Shown here: positions 40,141 through 49,587 of the stretch, piece after piece
How the letters are laid out: the number at the start of each line of letters is the position of its first letter
How positions within the stretch are numbered: position 1 is the stretch's first letter
From: an uncultured delta proteobacterium
Lineage (GTDB): Bacteria; Myxococcota_A; Polyangia; Polyangiales; JAFGIB01
DNA: 64,000 nt
Assembly (NCBI GenBank): GCA_963778655.1
Contig: CAVZVA010000009.1
Coordinates: 832,001-896,000 of the forward strand
Direction: 5' to 3'
Program-made: the position numbers and the translations under genes
Notes under the pieces: model-generated
Told to the model about the DNA's origin: nothing
Databases searched by the model: none
The model's input: only the letters and a program-made list of their open reading frames with translations

Positions 40141-40509
40141 ATGCCCAAGACCTCCAAGAAGAAGCCCGCCAAGAAGACCCCCAGCAAAACGGCATTCGTG
40201 CTCAGCTTGCCGAGAAGCGCACCGGCAAGCGAGGTCGTCGCGAAAGCCAAGGCGGCGGGTATCGAGCTCACGGACCGCTACGTTTACGTCATTCGCTCGA
40301 AGGCCAAGAGCAAGGCGGGGAAACCGTCCGCGCGTCGCGGGCGACCACCCAAGTCGGCGGCCGGGCCGGCACGCAAGAGCTCGGGCGGGCAAGGATCGCC
40401 GAGCGCGCTGGCTACGCAGTTCGTGGACGCCGCGCTCAATCTCGGGCTGGCGCGTGCCGAGGAGCTGCTCGTCTCGCTGCGCGCCAAGCTCAAGCACGCC
40501 ATCGGATAG
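40141..40509 (+). CDS. Small basic protein with an AT-hook motif (putative nucleoid-associated)
   Basis: AAGGA RBS; Lys-rich N-terminus; SKTAFVLSLP..ASEVV; RRGRPPK. Confidence 0.75.
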   Translation: MPKTSKKKPAKKTPSKTAFVLSLPRSAPASEVVAKAKAAGIELTDRYVYVIRSKAKSKAGKPSARRGRPPKSAAGPARKSSGGQGSPSALATQFVDAALNLGLARAEELLVSLRAKLKHAIG

Positions 40510-40547
40510 CGCGCACGCGGCGCGGCCGTCGCAGCACGGCCGCGCCG

Positions 40548-41804
40548 TCATTCCTGCATACGGAACGCCACCCCTTGCGCTTCCGGGCCGAAGCCGATGA
40601 CGAGCGCAGCGCACACCGAAACGCCTGTTGCCAGCAGACCCATGGCATAGGCGTAGGTCAAGTGCTCGCCCAGCAACGCCTCGACGTAGGTCACGCCGGA
40701 AGAACAGAGCACGCCGAGCTGATAGGCGAAGCCCGGCAAGAACCCGCGCAGGGCGCCCGGGGAAAGCTCGCTCAGGTGGGCCGGGACCACCCCCCACGCG
40801 CCCTGCACCATGAACTGCATGATGAACGCGCCGAGCACGATCAGTGGCGTGTTGGGCGCAAACACCCAGATCGGCACGGTTAGGCCGGCTCCCACTGCAG
40901 CCGTCACCATGGCCAGCCTGCGGCCGCGGCGATCGGAGATCCAGCCGAAGGTCAGCCCACCCGCGATTGCGCCGAGCATCGAAATCATGGTGACGATGGC
41001 TGCCCCTTGGGGGCTGAAGTGGCGCTGCTGCTTGAGGAAGGTGGGATACATGTCCTGCGTCCCATGCGACATCACACCCATCACGGCGATCAGCACCACC
41101 AGGTAGGCGAAGAGCCGGAGGTTCTTGGCCACCGCGCGGCCGTAGCTCTTCCAGTCCGGCAGCCTGTGCTCGCGCCACGCTTCCGACTCCTTGACCCTGG
41201 CGCGGACGAACAGCGAGAGCAGGGCCGGCAGCCCACCGATGAAAAACATCACGCGCCAGCCGAAGTGAGGGAAGATGTAGTAGTACGCGGCGGCCGCCAG
41301 CAGATAGCCGAGCGCGTAGCCTTCCTGCAGCACGCCGGAGAGCAGGCCGCGCCAGCGCGCCGGCACCGCCTCCATCGCCAGCGACGCGCCGACGCCCCAC
41401 TCGCCACCCATGCCTATCCCGAACAGCAGGCGCAGCAGGAGAAACGTCCCATAGTCGGGCGCGAGCCCCGAAAGCACCTCGATGATCGAGTAGAAGACGA
41501 GGTTGATGATCAGCGGCAAACGGCGCCCGTAGCGGTCGGCCATCAGCCCGAACAACAGGGCCCCGAGCGGTCGCATCGCCAGGCTCGCGGACAGCGTCAG
41601 CGCGATCTCGGGCCGTGTCTTGCCGAAGTCTCTGGCGACGCTGTCGAGCGTCATCACCAGGATGAAGAAGTCGAACGCGTCGAGGGTCCAGCCGAGAAAC
41701 CCCGCGAGCAGCGCGTTGCGTTGATCCGCGCGCGTCGTGGCCCGGTTGGGGAGCTTGGCTGCGACGGGCGCGCTGACTTCAGGCTGGTTCACCTGACCGC
41801 TCAT
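40548..41804 (-). CDS. MFS transporter, sialate/carboxylate:H+ symporter (NanT/JEN-like)
   Basis: GWTLDAFDFF, MRPLGA, ADRYGRR, GMGGEWG, SHGTQDMYPTFL, QGAWGVVP. Confidence 0.93.
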   Translation of the reverse strand: MSGQVNQPEVSAPVAAKLPNRATTRADQRNALLAGFLGWTLDAFDFFILVMTLDSVARDFGKTRPEIALTLSASLAMRPLGALLFGLMADRYGRRLPLIINLVFYSIIEVLSGLAPDYGTFLLLRLLFGIGMGGEWGVGASLAMEAVPARWRGLLSGVLQEGYALGYLLAAAAYYYIFPHFGWRVMFFIGGLPALLSLFVRARVKESEAWREHRLPDWKSYGRAVAKNLRLFAYLVVLIAVMGVMSHGTQDMYPTFLKQQRHFSPQGAAIVTMISMLGAIAGGLTFGWISDRRGRRLAMVTAAVGAGLTVPIWVFAPNTPLIVLGAFIMQFMVQGAWGVVPAHLSELSPGALRGFLPGFAYQLGVLCSSGVTYVEALLGEHLTYAYAMGLLATGVSVCAALVIGFGPEAQGVAFRMQE

Positions 41805-41887
41805 GTAACGTAGTTGGGGCCGAATTGGTATATCGGTAGGGAGGGGCGGGCGCGGGTGTCGATTACGGCGGGGGAGGGTAGGCAGGA

Positions 41888-43063
41888 TCACGGCGCGCGT
41901 AGCAGCGTGACCTTGAGGTAGTCGCCTTCGGGGAAGGCCAGCAGCCTGGGGTGGTCGGCAGGGGCGCTCCAGCGTTCCAGTACCTGCACCACGCGGCGCA
42001 CGCGCCGGGCGCCCTCGCGCAACGTGGATTCGAAGTCCTCGCGGGAAATATGGCTCGAGCAGGAGGCCGCCAGGTAGTAGCCGCCGGGGCTGACGCGAGC
42101 CAGCGCAGCGGCATGCAGCGTGGCGTATGCGGCCAGGGCGCCGTCGCGCGCCGCGGCGGTCGGTGCGAAGCTGGGCGGGTCCGCGATGATCAGCTCGAAG
42201 CGCTGGTCCTCGCGCTGCAGCTGCGAAAGCAGCTCGGGCACGTCGCTCGCCAGGATTCGATGCCGATCGGGCGCGAGCGCGTTGCGCGTCCAGCTGCGCT
42301 CGGCGTGGCGCAACGCGGCCGGCGCGCTGTCGACGGTGGTCACCTGCGCGGCGCCGCCGAGTCCCGCGGCCACCGAGAACCCGCCGGTGTAGCCGTACAG
42401 ATTGAGCACCCGCAGCTCGCGTGCGAGCTCACGCACCCGCCGCCGCGATTCGCGGTGATCCAGGAACAGGCCGGTCTTCTGCCCGTGCCACAGACTGGCG
42501 CACAACCACATGCCGTGCTCCTCGACTGCAATCTCGGGCTCTGGCGGCGGACCCCAGGCGAGCTCCACCTCGCGCTGCTTGCGCGAGCCGCGCGTGAGCA
42601 GGCTGTGCACGCCGAGCGCTGCCAGCGGCTCCTGCAGCCACTCGCACAGGCGCGGCCGCCAGCTAGCGGCCGCCTCGCCGTCGAGCTTGAGCACGGCGGT
42701 GTCGGCGTAGCGATCGCACACCACGCCGGGCAGGCGATCGCCTTCGCCGTGCAGCAGGCGGTAGGCGCTGGTGGATGCGCCCACGACCTGCCGCCGCAGC
42801 GCGAACGCCGACTGCACGCGCCGTGCGAAGAGGGCCGCGTCGAGCGGCTCGTCGCGCGTAGTGAACACGCGCACGGCGATCGGTCCGGCTTCGGCCAGTC
42901 CGCGCGCGAGGAAGCGATCCGATTTGTCGCGCACGGTGACGACGCTGCCCGGCTCCGCCTCGAAGGGCAGCAGGGCCTCGCGATACAGCCACGGGTGCCC
43001 GGCGCGCACGCTGCGCTCCAGGGGCTTGCGCAGTCGAACGCCGACCTCGGAGCGACGCGCCAT
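41888..43063 (-). CDS. rlmI: RlmI-like SAM-dependent rRNA m5C methyltransferase
   Basis: GHPWLY (PUA), HGEGDRLPG, GQKTGLFLDHR, YTGGFS, DPPSF, SCS, FPEGDYLK. Confidence 0.85.
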   Translation of the reverse strand: MARRSEVGVRLRKPLERSVRAGHPWLYREALLPFEAEPGSVVTVRDKSDRFLARGLAEAGPIAVRVFTTRDEPLDAALFARRVQSAFALRRQVVGASTSAYRLLHGEGDRLPGVVCDRYADTAVLKLDGEAAASWRPRLCEWLQEPLAALGVHSLLTRGSRKQREVELAWGPPPEPEIAVEEHGMWLCASLWHGQKTGLFLDHRESRRRVRELARELRVLNLYGYTGGFSVAAGLGGAAQVTTVDSAPAALRHAERSWTRNALAPDRHRILASDVPELLSQLQREDQRFELIIADPPSFAPTAAARDGALAAYATLHAAALARVSPGGYYLAASCSSHISREDFESTLREGARRVRRVVQVLERWSAPADHPRLLAFPEGDYLKVTLLRAP

Positions 43064-43249
43064 CGACGGCAGGGGTAGCCGGAGCCGAGCACGTCGGCAA
43101 GCCCATCGGGCCGAGCGCCGGTGGCGCTGCGGTCCGTGCCGGTCCGTGCTACTCAAGCCACAGGAGCCCCGTGCAACGCGTCGCGGATTGTGGCGCGACT
43201 CGCAGCGCCCCGCGCCGGCTCCTCGCTTCACGGTACAGGTGGACCGTCC

Positions 43250-44257
43250 ATGCCGGTGCTCAGCCTCTCCAGCGTCCTGATCTTCGGCGCGGTGGTGGTC
43301 TTCTTCCTTTGGCTCGATCTGCGGACGCATCGCCGCGATCCGGCCGTGCGCACCGGCAGCGCCCTGCGCTGGTCGCTGTTGTGGATGGCGCTGGCGCTGG
43401 CCTTCGCCGGCTACCTGGGCTGGCGCCACGGCAGCAAGCAGGCGTGGCTGTTCCTGACCGGATACGTGCTCGAGCAATCGCTCTCGGTCGACAACCTCTT
43501 TGTGTTCATCGCGATCTTCACCAGCTTCGCGCTGCGCGACGCCATTCAGCACCGCGTGCTGCACTACGGCGTGCTGGGCGCGGTGGTGCTGCGCTTTGCG
43601 TTCATCGGCCTCGGTACCTCCTTGCTGCTGGCCGGCCGGATGAGCGAGGGCTTGCAGACGGCAGTCTTTGCCGGGTTCGGCGCGGTCGTGCTGTGGTCGG
43701 CCTACCAGATGTACAGGTCATTCGGCAGCGGAGGCGCCGAGCGCGAGGACTACACCGACCACTGGTCGGTTCGCCTGACCCGCCGTCTGTTTCCCATCCA
43801 TCCGCAGCTGGAAGGCCACAGCTTCTTCGTCCGGCGCGAGGGCCGCTGGTACGCCACGCCGTTGTTCTTGTGCCTGGTCACGGTGGAGGCGTCGGACTTG
43901 GCCTTCGCCTTCGATTCGGTGCCGGCGGTGATCGCGGTCACGCGCGACCCGTTTCTGGTTTACACCTCGAACGTCTTCGCGATCCTCGGGCTGCGTTCGC
44001 TGTACTTCCTGCTGGCGGCGGCGCGCGGCTACCTGTGTCACCTGGAGAAGGCGGTGGTGGCGATTCTGGCCTTCATCGGCTGCAAGCTGATGATCGAGGC
44101 GTTCCACGCGCAGATCGGGCACGTATTCGGCCGGCCGTTGCAGATCTCGGCCGGAGCGAGCTTGCTGGTCGTGCTCGGAGCGCTCGCGCTCGGCGTGATC
44201 GGGTCGCTGCTGTTTCCGGAACGCCGCGCCGACGACGAAGCCTCGCAAGAGCGCTGA
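43250..44257 (+). CDS. TerC/Alx family metal homeostasis membrane protein
   Basis: GYVLEQSLSVDNLFVF, QHRVLHYG, DLAFAFDSVPA, YTSNVFAILGLRSLYF. Confidence 0.93.
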   Translation: MPVLSLSSVLIFGAVVVFFLWLDLRTHRRDPAVRTGSALRWSLLWMALALAFAGYLGWRHGSKQAWLFLTGYVLEQSLSVDNLFVFIAIFTSFALRDAIQHRVLHYGVLGAVVLRFAFIGLGTSLLLAGRMSEGLQTAVFAGFGAVVLWSAYQMYRSFGSGGAEREDYTDHWSVRLTRRLFPIHPQLEGHSFFVRREGRWYATPLFLCLVTVEASDLAFAFDSVPAVIAVTRDPFLVYTSNVFAILGLRSLYFLLAAARGYLCHLEKAVVAILAFIGCKLMIEAFHAQIGHVFGRPLQISAGASLLVVLGALALGVIGSLLFPERRADDEASQER

Positions 44258-44264
44258 GCGTGCA

Positions 44265-44310
44265 CGAAGAATGAAAACGGCCCGCACCGCTTGCGCAGCG
44301 GCGCGGGCCG
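44265..44310 (-). terminator. Rho-independent terminator of the 44334-45275 gene
   Basis: Minus strand cggcccgcgccgct-gcgca-agcggtgcgggccg followed by ttttcattctt. Confidence 0.7.
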
Positions 44311-44333
44311 GTGGCGGGCAGCGCAGGCGCTGC

Positions 44334-45275
44334 CTACTTCGGGTACATCGTCGTGGTCGACTCCTTGACGATCGTGGTCTTGGGCGTCCCCTGCACGCCG
44401 GCTTCCTTCCAGGCCTTCTTGGTCTCCTTGGAGCCCAGGTAGGTCTTGAGCTTGGTCAGATCCTCGCCCTGCAGGTAGAGGTAACCCTCGGTGGGCTTGT
44501 CCGGGCTCTGCCCCAGGCCGTAGCCGAGAATGCCGGCATTGGCGCGCGCTTGGTCCTCGCCCTCGATGGCGGTCTTGAATGCGGCGAAGTCCTTCACCTT
44601 CGTCTGGATGATCGCGCCGAACAAACCGGTCTTGTCCGGCGGCGCCATCTTGCCGCCCTCGGTGTGGAAGACATACACGGTCGGCTTACCCTTGACGCCC
44701 GCGGCCTTCATCTTGTCCTTGAGGTCCTTGCTCTCCAAGAAGGCCTTGAGCTTGGCCTGGTCCGAAGCGGGCATGTAGATCGCGACCAGCTTGTCGTTGT
44801 CCGCGCCGCGCATCACACCTTCGCCGACCACGCCGGCCTCCTTGCGTGCCGGCTGATCCTCGTCGAAGACCTTCTTCCAGGCGTCGAAGTCCTTGACCTG
44901 GTGGATGACCAGCGCCGCGAGCTGTGGCATCTGAGGCGCCGGCGCAGCCGCGACGTTCGCCGCGGGCGTGGCCGGAGCGGCGGTTGCGGCGGGCGCCGCA
45001 GCGGCCGGGGTCGCGGCGGGCGCAGTCGCGGCCTGTGGCGCACCCGCGGCCGGTGCTACAGGTGTCGCGGTGGCGGCGGGAGCGGTTGCCGGCGCGCCCG
45101 CGGCCGGGGCAGCTGCGGGGGCAGTGGCGGCCGCGGGTGCCGGTGCGGCCGCAGCTGCCGGCATCTCCGCGCCTTCGGTGGCTGCGGCGGCGGGCGGTTG
45201 CTCCTCCTCGGCACCTGTGTCGGCGCAGCCGATCAGCAAGAGCGTCGCGGCCAGCAATCGAGGTATCAGTCGCAT
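44334..45275 (-). CDS. Lipoprotein with an Ala/Pro-rich linker and two tandem dimeric alpha-beta-barrel-like domains
   Basis: Lipobox LIGC; HQVKDFDAWKKVFD...MKAAGVKGKP and TKVKDFAAFK...WKEAGVQGTP duplication. Confidence 0.75.
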   Translation of the reverse strand: MRLIPRLLAATLLLIGCADTGAEEEQPPAAAATEGAEMPAAAAAPAPAAATAPAAAPAAGAPATAPAATATPVAPAAGAPQAATAPAATPAAAAPAATAAPATPAANVAAAPAPQMPQLAALVIHQVKDFDAWKKVFDEDQPARKEAGVVGEGVMRGADNDKLVAIYMPASDQAKLKAFLESKDLKDKMKAAGVKGKPTVYVFHTEGGKMAPPDKTGLFGAIIQTKVKDFAAFKTAIEGEDQARANAGILGYGLGQSPDKPTEGYLYLQGEDLTKLKTYLGSKETKKAWKEAGVQGTPKTTIVKESTTTMYPK

Positions 45276-45509
45276 GAGCAGGTCCTCCTGAGTTTGTGCC
45301 GGGTGCCGAGCGCGAAATCGCGCGCGGCCCCGGCGCGGTAGTTGAACGGCGCAGTTGGCGCTGCCGGCGGCCGCCCACGCGCCCGCTGACGGGCCCGCTG
45401 ACTGCACGCAGTCATCCCTCCGAGAGCCGTCCAGAGGGAAAGTTCTAGGCGAGCCCGGGGTAGGGCCGCAAAGCCCCATCGTTGGGGGGCGGCGCCGCCG
45501 CACGTGGCC

Positions 45510-47552
45510 TCAAGCGTTATCCTGCTTGGGCTGCGTCGAGCGCCAGAAGCCCTCCACGTCACCCACCCGATCGGGCAGGTTGAGCAGCTCCGAGCTGAGA
45601 CCGAGCAGCACCACGCCTACCCCGTGCTCGCGACCCAGCCGCGTGCGCAGCCCGGCCACGGAGGTGAATAGCTCGCCGCCCGAAGTCAGCAGGACGATCA
45701 CGCGGTCGGCCATGCGCGCGGCGCGCCGCAGGGCAGGCCCCTCGGTCGCACCCAGCCAGGCGTGCGTGCCCTCGGCGGCGTATGGGCCGAGGGCGACGCC
45801 CTGGCGCCCAACGGGAGCCAGGGCTTGCGATCCCATCACCGCGGCGTATGGCGCGGCGGCCGCCTCGGTGTCCACTTCGGGCTCGGTCGTGCGCGCGTTC
45901 GCGGACGGCGGAAAGGGCGAGCCGTCCATGCGCGTGGTCGCGCCCGTCGCTGGCGCGTGGCCGCGCTCCGGCGCCGGCGGCGAGCCCTCCACCCGCGTCG
46001 CCATACCGTCGCGACGGCCCCCGACCAGGTTACCTCCGAGCCAGTACGCGAGCTCCTCCGCCAGCGGTTTCTCGCGACCGCTGGCGCCCAGCACCAAGGT
46101 GTAGCCGCGCGCCGCGGCGCCGTGGTCGCCCAGCTCGTCGACCAGCGAGAAGAACATCTCGCGATTGCGCGGCCACGCCGACGACCCGAGCACCGGTAGG
46201 TTGGCCCAGTAGCCGGCCTCGCGCGCGGTGTACACGCGACCGTCGAGCAGCGGACGTACCAGCAGCGCGAGCAAGGCCACGAGCACGCCGGCGACCGGCA
46301 TTGCGATCGCGACCAGGCGGCGCTTGCTTTGTTCCGGCCACTCCGGATCCACGGCCGGCGTCAGCACGTGCCATTCCACGGGCGGCGCGCGCGCCGCGTC
46401 GTGCGCTTCGGAGAGCTGCGCTTGCAAGTCCGTTATGCGCTTCTGCAACAGGTCGATGTCGGCTTCGAACGAGCGAGCCTTGCCTTGCAGGGCGGTAAGG
46501 CTGGCCACCCGTTGATCGGCGGTCTGTGCGAATTCCTGGTAGCTCGTCAGGCGTTTGGAAGCCGTCTCCTGGTCGACCCGAGCGGACGAGAGCGAGGCCT
46601 GAAGGCTCTGGTATTCTGGGTTCGCACCCGTCGTGACGGCCGAGACCACGCTGCTGTTCTTGCCCGCGTGGGCTTGGAGCGAAGCGATTTGAGCCTCGAG
46701 CGAGGCGATCCGTGGGTGTCCCGGCGCGTAGCGCGCGCGTGCGGTCGTCAGCTCGGTGCGCAGCTCCGCGAGCTTCTGGGCGTCCGGGTTCACGCTACTC
46801 GCGCTCTGCACGGTGGTACGCCGCTGCTTCCGAGTTTCGTCGCCGAGACCTGCCGCGCGGGCCCCCAGTGCCGACACGTCGGCGCGTGCGAGCTGCAGTT
46901 GCTCGTTCATGTGTGCGGCGTTGTCGATCGCCAGCTTCAGCTCGTGCTCGATGTCGGTCACTCCATTTGCCGATCGAAAAGCGTCGAAGGCGTCGTGCTT
47001 CTTGGTCAGCTGCGCTTGCGCCGCGGACAAGTCGTTTTCGAGCGCCTTGGCGACCTCGTTGGCGTGCGCGCTCGCGAGATCGTGCTGCTCGTCGAGAAAT
47101 ACTTGGATCACGGTGTTGGTCAGCACCGTGGCGTCGTGCGCCGTCGGCCCGCTGGCATTGACGGTGACCAGGTTGCTCCGCGTGTCGAACCACACGTCGA
47201 TCTGCTTGTCGAGCACCTTGATCGGGATCTTCAGCCCGAGGCGCTCCTTCACCTTGCGCAGCGCGCCCGGGAGCTTGAGGCTGCCGGCCTGGGTCGCGAG
47301 CTGCCGTTCGTTGGATCGCTCTTGCGACGCCGGCTGCCACATCAGCACAGACTCCGACTTGTAGGCGTGCTTGATGAACAGCAGGGCGACTGCGACCCCG
47401 AGCACCGCCCATGTCACGCCGGCGATCGGCAGCCAGCGCCAGTCGCGTTTGACTGAAAACCAGAGCCTACCGGGGTCGACCGGCGAGCCAGAACGCCCTT
47501 GCTCGCTGCGTGGCTCGGTCAGGTCGTCGAGGTCGTCTGTCCTGCTCGGCAT
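45510..47552 (-). CDS. Wzc/GumC-like polysaccharide co-polymerase with a degenerate kinase domain
   Basis: TM1, long coiled coil with YAPGHPRI, proline motif, TM2, NLPVLG; no intact Walker A and no C-terminal Tyr cluster. Confidence 0.82.
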   Translation of the reverse strand: MPSRTDDLDDLTEPRSEQGRSGSPVDPGRLWFSVKRDWRWLPIAGVTWAVLGVAVALLFIKHAYKSESVLMWQPASQERSNERQLATQAGSLKLPGALRKVKERLGLKIPIKVLDKQIDVWFDTRSNLVTVNASGPTAHDATVLTNTVIQVFLDEQHDLASAHANEVAKALENDLSAAQAQLTKKHDAFDAFRSANGVTDIEHELKLAIDNAAHMNEQLQLARADVSALGARAAGLGDETRKQRRTTVQSASSVNPDAQKLAELRTELTTARARYAPGHPRIASLEAQIASLQAHAGKNSSVVSAVTTGANPEYQSLQASLSSARVDQETASKRLTSYQEFAQTADQRVASLTALQGKARSFEADIDLLQKRITDLQAQLSEAHDAARAPPVEWHVLTPAVDPEWPEQSKRRLVAIAMPVAGVLVALLALLVRPLLDGRVYTAREAGYWANLPVLGSSAWPRNREMFFSLVDELGDHGAAARGYTLVLGASGREKPLAEELAYWLGGNLVGGRRDGMATRVEGSPPAPERGHAPATGATTRMDGSPFPPSANARTTEPEVDTEAAAAPYAAVMGSQALAPVGRQGVALGPYAAEGTHAWLGATEGPALRRAARMADRVIVLLTSGGELFTSVAGLRTRLGREHGVGVVLLGLSSELLNLPDRVGDVEGFWRSTQPKQDNA

Positions 47553-47769
47553 GGCTCACTCAGCCTCAAACCGCTGTCCAAGCCCTCGGACCGCCCCTGC
47601 GAGGACGGCGCTGCCTGCGGGGCGGAGCGTAGCATGTACATAAGATCGTGTCCCCATAACGTACCCGGATCGCCGTCCCCGGCTGGCGGTCGGAGCGTAC
47701 CGACAATCACCGTAGCAAGGATTGGCAGCGTTCTCGACAAGCGCCCCAGTCGGGTGCTCCCGGCGAGCC

Positions 47770-48099
47770 TCAATGCGCGGGCGCCGGCCCCTTGTAGTCG
47801 ACGGAGACGAACGCATTGTTGCCGAAGCCCAGCGCGCGCAGCAACCTGGGGTCGAAGTCGGCGACGTCCGAGAGCGTCCGCTTATGCACCCAGGTGTGGC
47901 CGTTCTGCCGCATCCCGAAACGCGCTTGCGTCGAGCCCAGCGCCTGAGACCGCGCCGCCGGTCGCGCCATCCGTCTTCGGGGGGCGTGCTCGCTGCCGCC
48001 AGCCGCGCTGCAGCCAGCAAGAGCAAGGCCCACGACGCACGCCCAATGTGCGTGCAGCGGCCCGCTACCGAGCCCGCGCGGAGTCGGCCATGCCGTCAT
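47770..48099 (-). CDS. Short putative lipoprotein, possibly an internally deleted remnant
   Basis: VVGLALAGC lipobox; short folded-looking tail LGFGNNAFVSV. Confidence 0.35.
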   Translation of the reverse strand: MTAWPTPRGLGSGPLHAHWACVVGLALAGCSAAGGSEHAPRRRMARPAARSQALGSTQARFGMRQNGHTWVHKRTLSDVADFDPRLLRALGFGNNAFVSVDYKGPAPAH

Positions 48100-48165
48100 G
48101 GATCCGAGCTCACCACTTCGGGATCACGTCGTGAGGGGCGCGGCCTTCGCACCGAGATCGCCAAT

Positions 48166-49578
48166 TCAGCTCAACCGCGGCAAAGGACCCGTCAGGTCGA
48201 TCGTTTGGTTCTTGCCATCGCGCGTGACCACGCTGGTGAGCCCGATCTCAGAGTCCGGCAGTCCCATCGCTTGCATCAGGGACACCAATAGGTGCGAGTG
48301 CCCCAGACCGATTGGACGCTGAGCCGAGGCGCCCCAGTCCGGATGCTCGTGGGGGTTCGGCAGGTTCTGGGCGTAGCTCAGGTAGCGCCCCGTGCGGAAG
48401 GCGCCCCCGCAGGCGCCGGCGATGACCACGGGAATCTTGTCGAGGTCGTGAGGACCGTTGGCCAGCTCGCTCACCCAGACCACGGCCGTGTTATCCAGGA
48501 CCGTGCCGCTACCCTCGGCGTACCGGCGCAGGGCATCGACCATGTAGGCGAAGACCTCGGCCTCCTTGGCGTTGTAGTTGGACATCTGCAGGGCTGCGTT
48601 TGGGTCGGTGAACTCTTGGTGGGCAAAGTCCTGGTGCACGTCGCCCGCCGGTGCTCCGAATTCGTCGTTGTCGAGCTGCGTGATTTGCAGCGTGGCTACC
48701 CGGGTCAAATCACAGGCGAAGGCCGCGGCGATCATGTCCGCGAATACCTTGCCCGTCGCGATCTGATCGCCCTCGACCGGGGCGCTAGGGGCTGTGCAGC
48801 TCAAGGACGCGAGCCCAGCGACCCTCTGCTCGAGGTCCCGAACGAGATCGCGGTGCATCCGCAGTCGGGCGCGATCGTCCGCCCCGAGCTTGGGCAGAAC
48901 CGCATCGTATTCCGCGCCCACGAAATCGAGCACGCTGCCCCGGGCCCCCCGGATCAGATCGCGCTCGCTCGGTTGCGCGCTGGGCACGCTGCCGGAGGGG
49001 AACAGCCGCTGGAAGACAGCGTTGGCATCGGTTTGCACGGGTGCGCGTTGACTCGCCCCGAGGTTCACCATGCCTCCGAGCCATGGCTTCCGGGTGGCCA
49101 GCTCCAATGAGGGGATGCGTCCCGAAGCCGCCACCGCCTTGGCGATCACTTGATCGACCGATGGGCCGCCTGCATTGGTGTCATCGATCATGAGCGCGCC
49201 AGTGAGCATATGCAGATGCCCGGCGTTATGATTGTTGATGGCCTTGTCGCCGAGCGTCGAAGCTTGCGCCAGGCCCTCGATCACTAGCAGGTCAGCGCGC
49301 CGCGGATGCAGCACGCGGAGGATATCGCTGAAGGACGCTGGGTCTGAATCGTCGAAGGCGTATTCCCAGTCGCCATAGTCGGTCTGGTTTCGCAGCATGC
49401 GCCAGCTGGGCAGCACCGTGCCATGCTGAGTGGTCATGATGACGAGGCGCTTGATTGGCTCCGGCGGCGCTGCCCCAACGCGCCGCGGCAGCAGCGATTC
49501 GAGGAACAGGCCACCGGCACCCAGGCCGGTCGCCAGCAACAACTGGCGGCGATTGAGGTGGAGCTTGGGCGTCGGCAT
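48166..49578 (-). CDS. DUF1552 family protein (Tat-exported)
   Basis: LNRRQLL Tat motif; GPSVDQVIA, SVLDFV, AFACDLTRVA, EGSGTVLDNT, SELANG. Confidence 0.92.
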   Translation of the reverse strand: MPTPKLHLNRRQLLLATGLGAGGLFLESLLPRRVGAAPPEPIKRLVIMTTQHGTVLPSWRMLRNQTDYGDWEYAFDDSDPASFSDILRVLHPRRADLLVIEGLAQASTLGDKAINNHNAGHLHMLTGALMIDDTNAGGPSVDQVIAKAVAASGRIPSLELATRKPWLGGMVNLGASQRAPVQTDANAVFQRLFPSGSVPSAQPSERDLIRGARGSVLDFVGAEYDAVLPKLGADDRARLRMHRDLVRDLEQRVAGLASLSCTAPSAPVEGDQIATGKVFADMIAAAFACDLTRVATLQITQLDNDEFGAPAGDVHQDFAHQEFTDPNAALQMSNYNAKEAEVFAYMVDALRRYAEGSGTVLDNTAVVWVSELANGPHDLDKIPVVIAGACGGAFRTGRYLSYAQNLPNPHEHPDWGASAQRPIGLGHSHLLVSLMQAMGLPDSEIGLTSVVTRDGKNQTIDLTGPLPRLS

Positions 49579-49587
49579 ATGCGTTCC

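Noticed and set aside
43064..43249. yybP-ykoY manganese riboswitch upstream of the terC-like gene
   Set aside because: Only a partial GGGGTAGC resemblance; the other conserved elements were not recognisable; needs an Rfam scan
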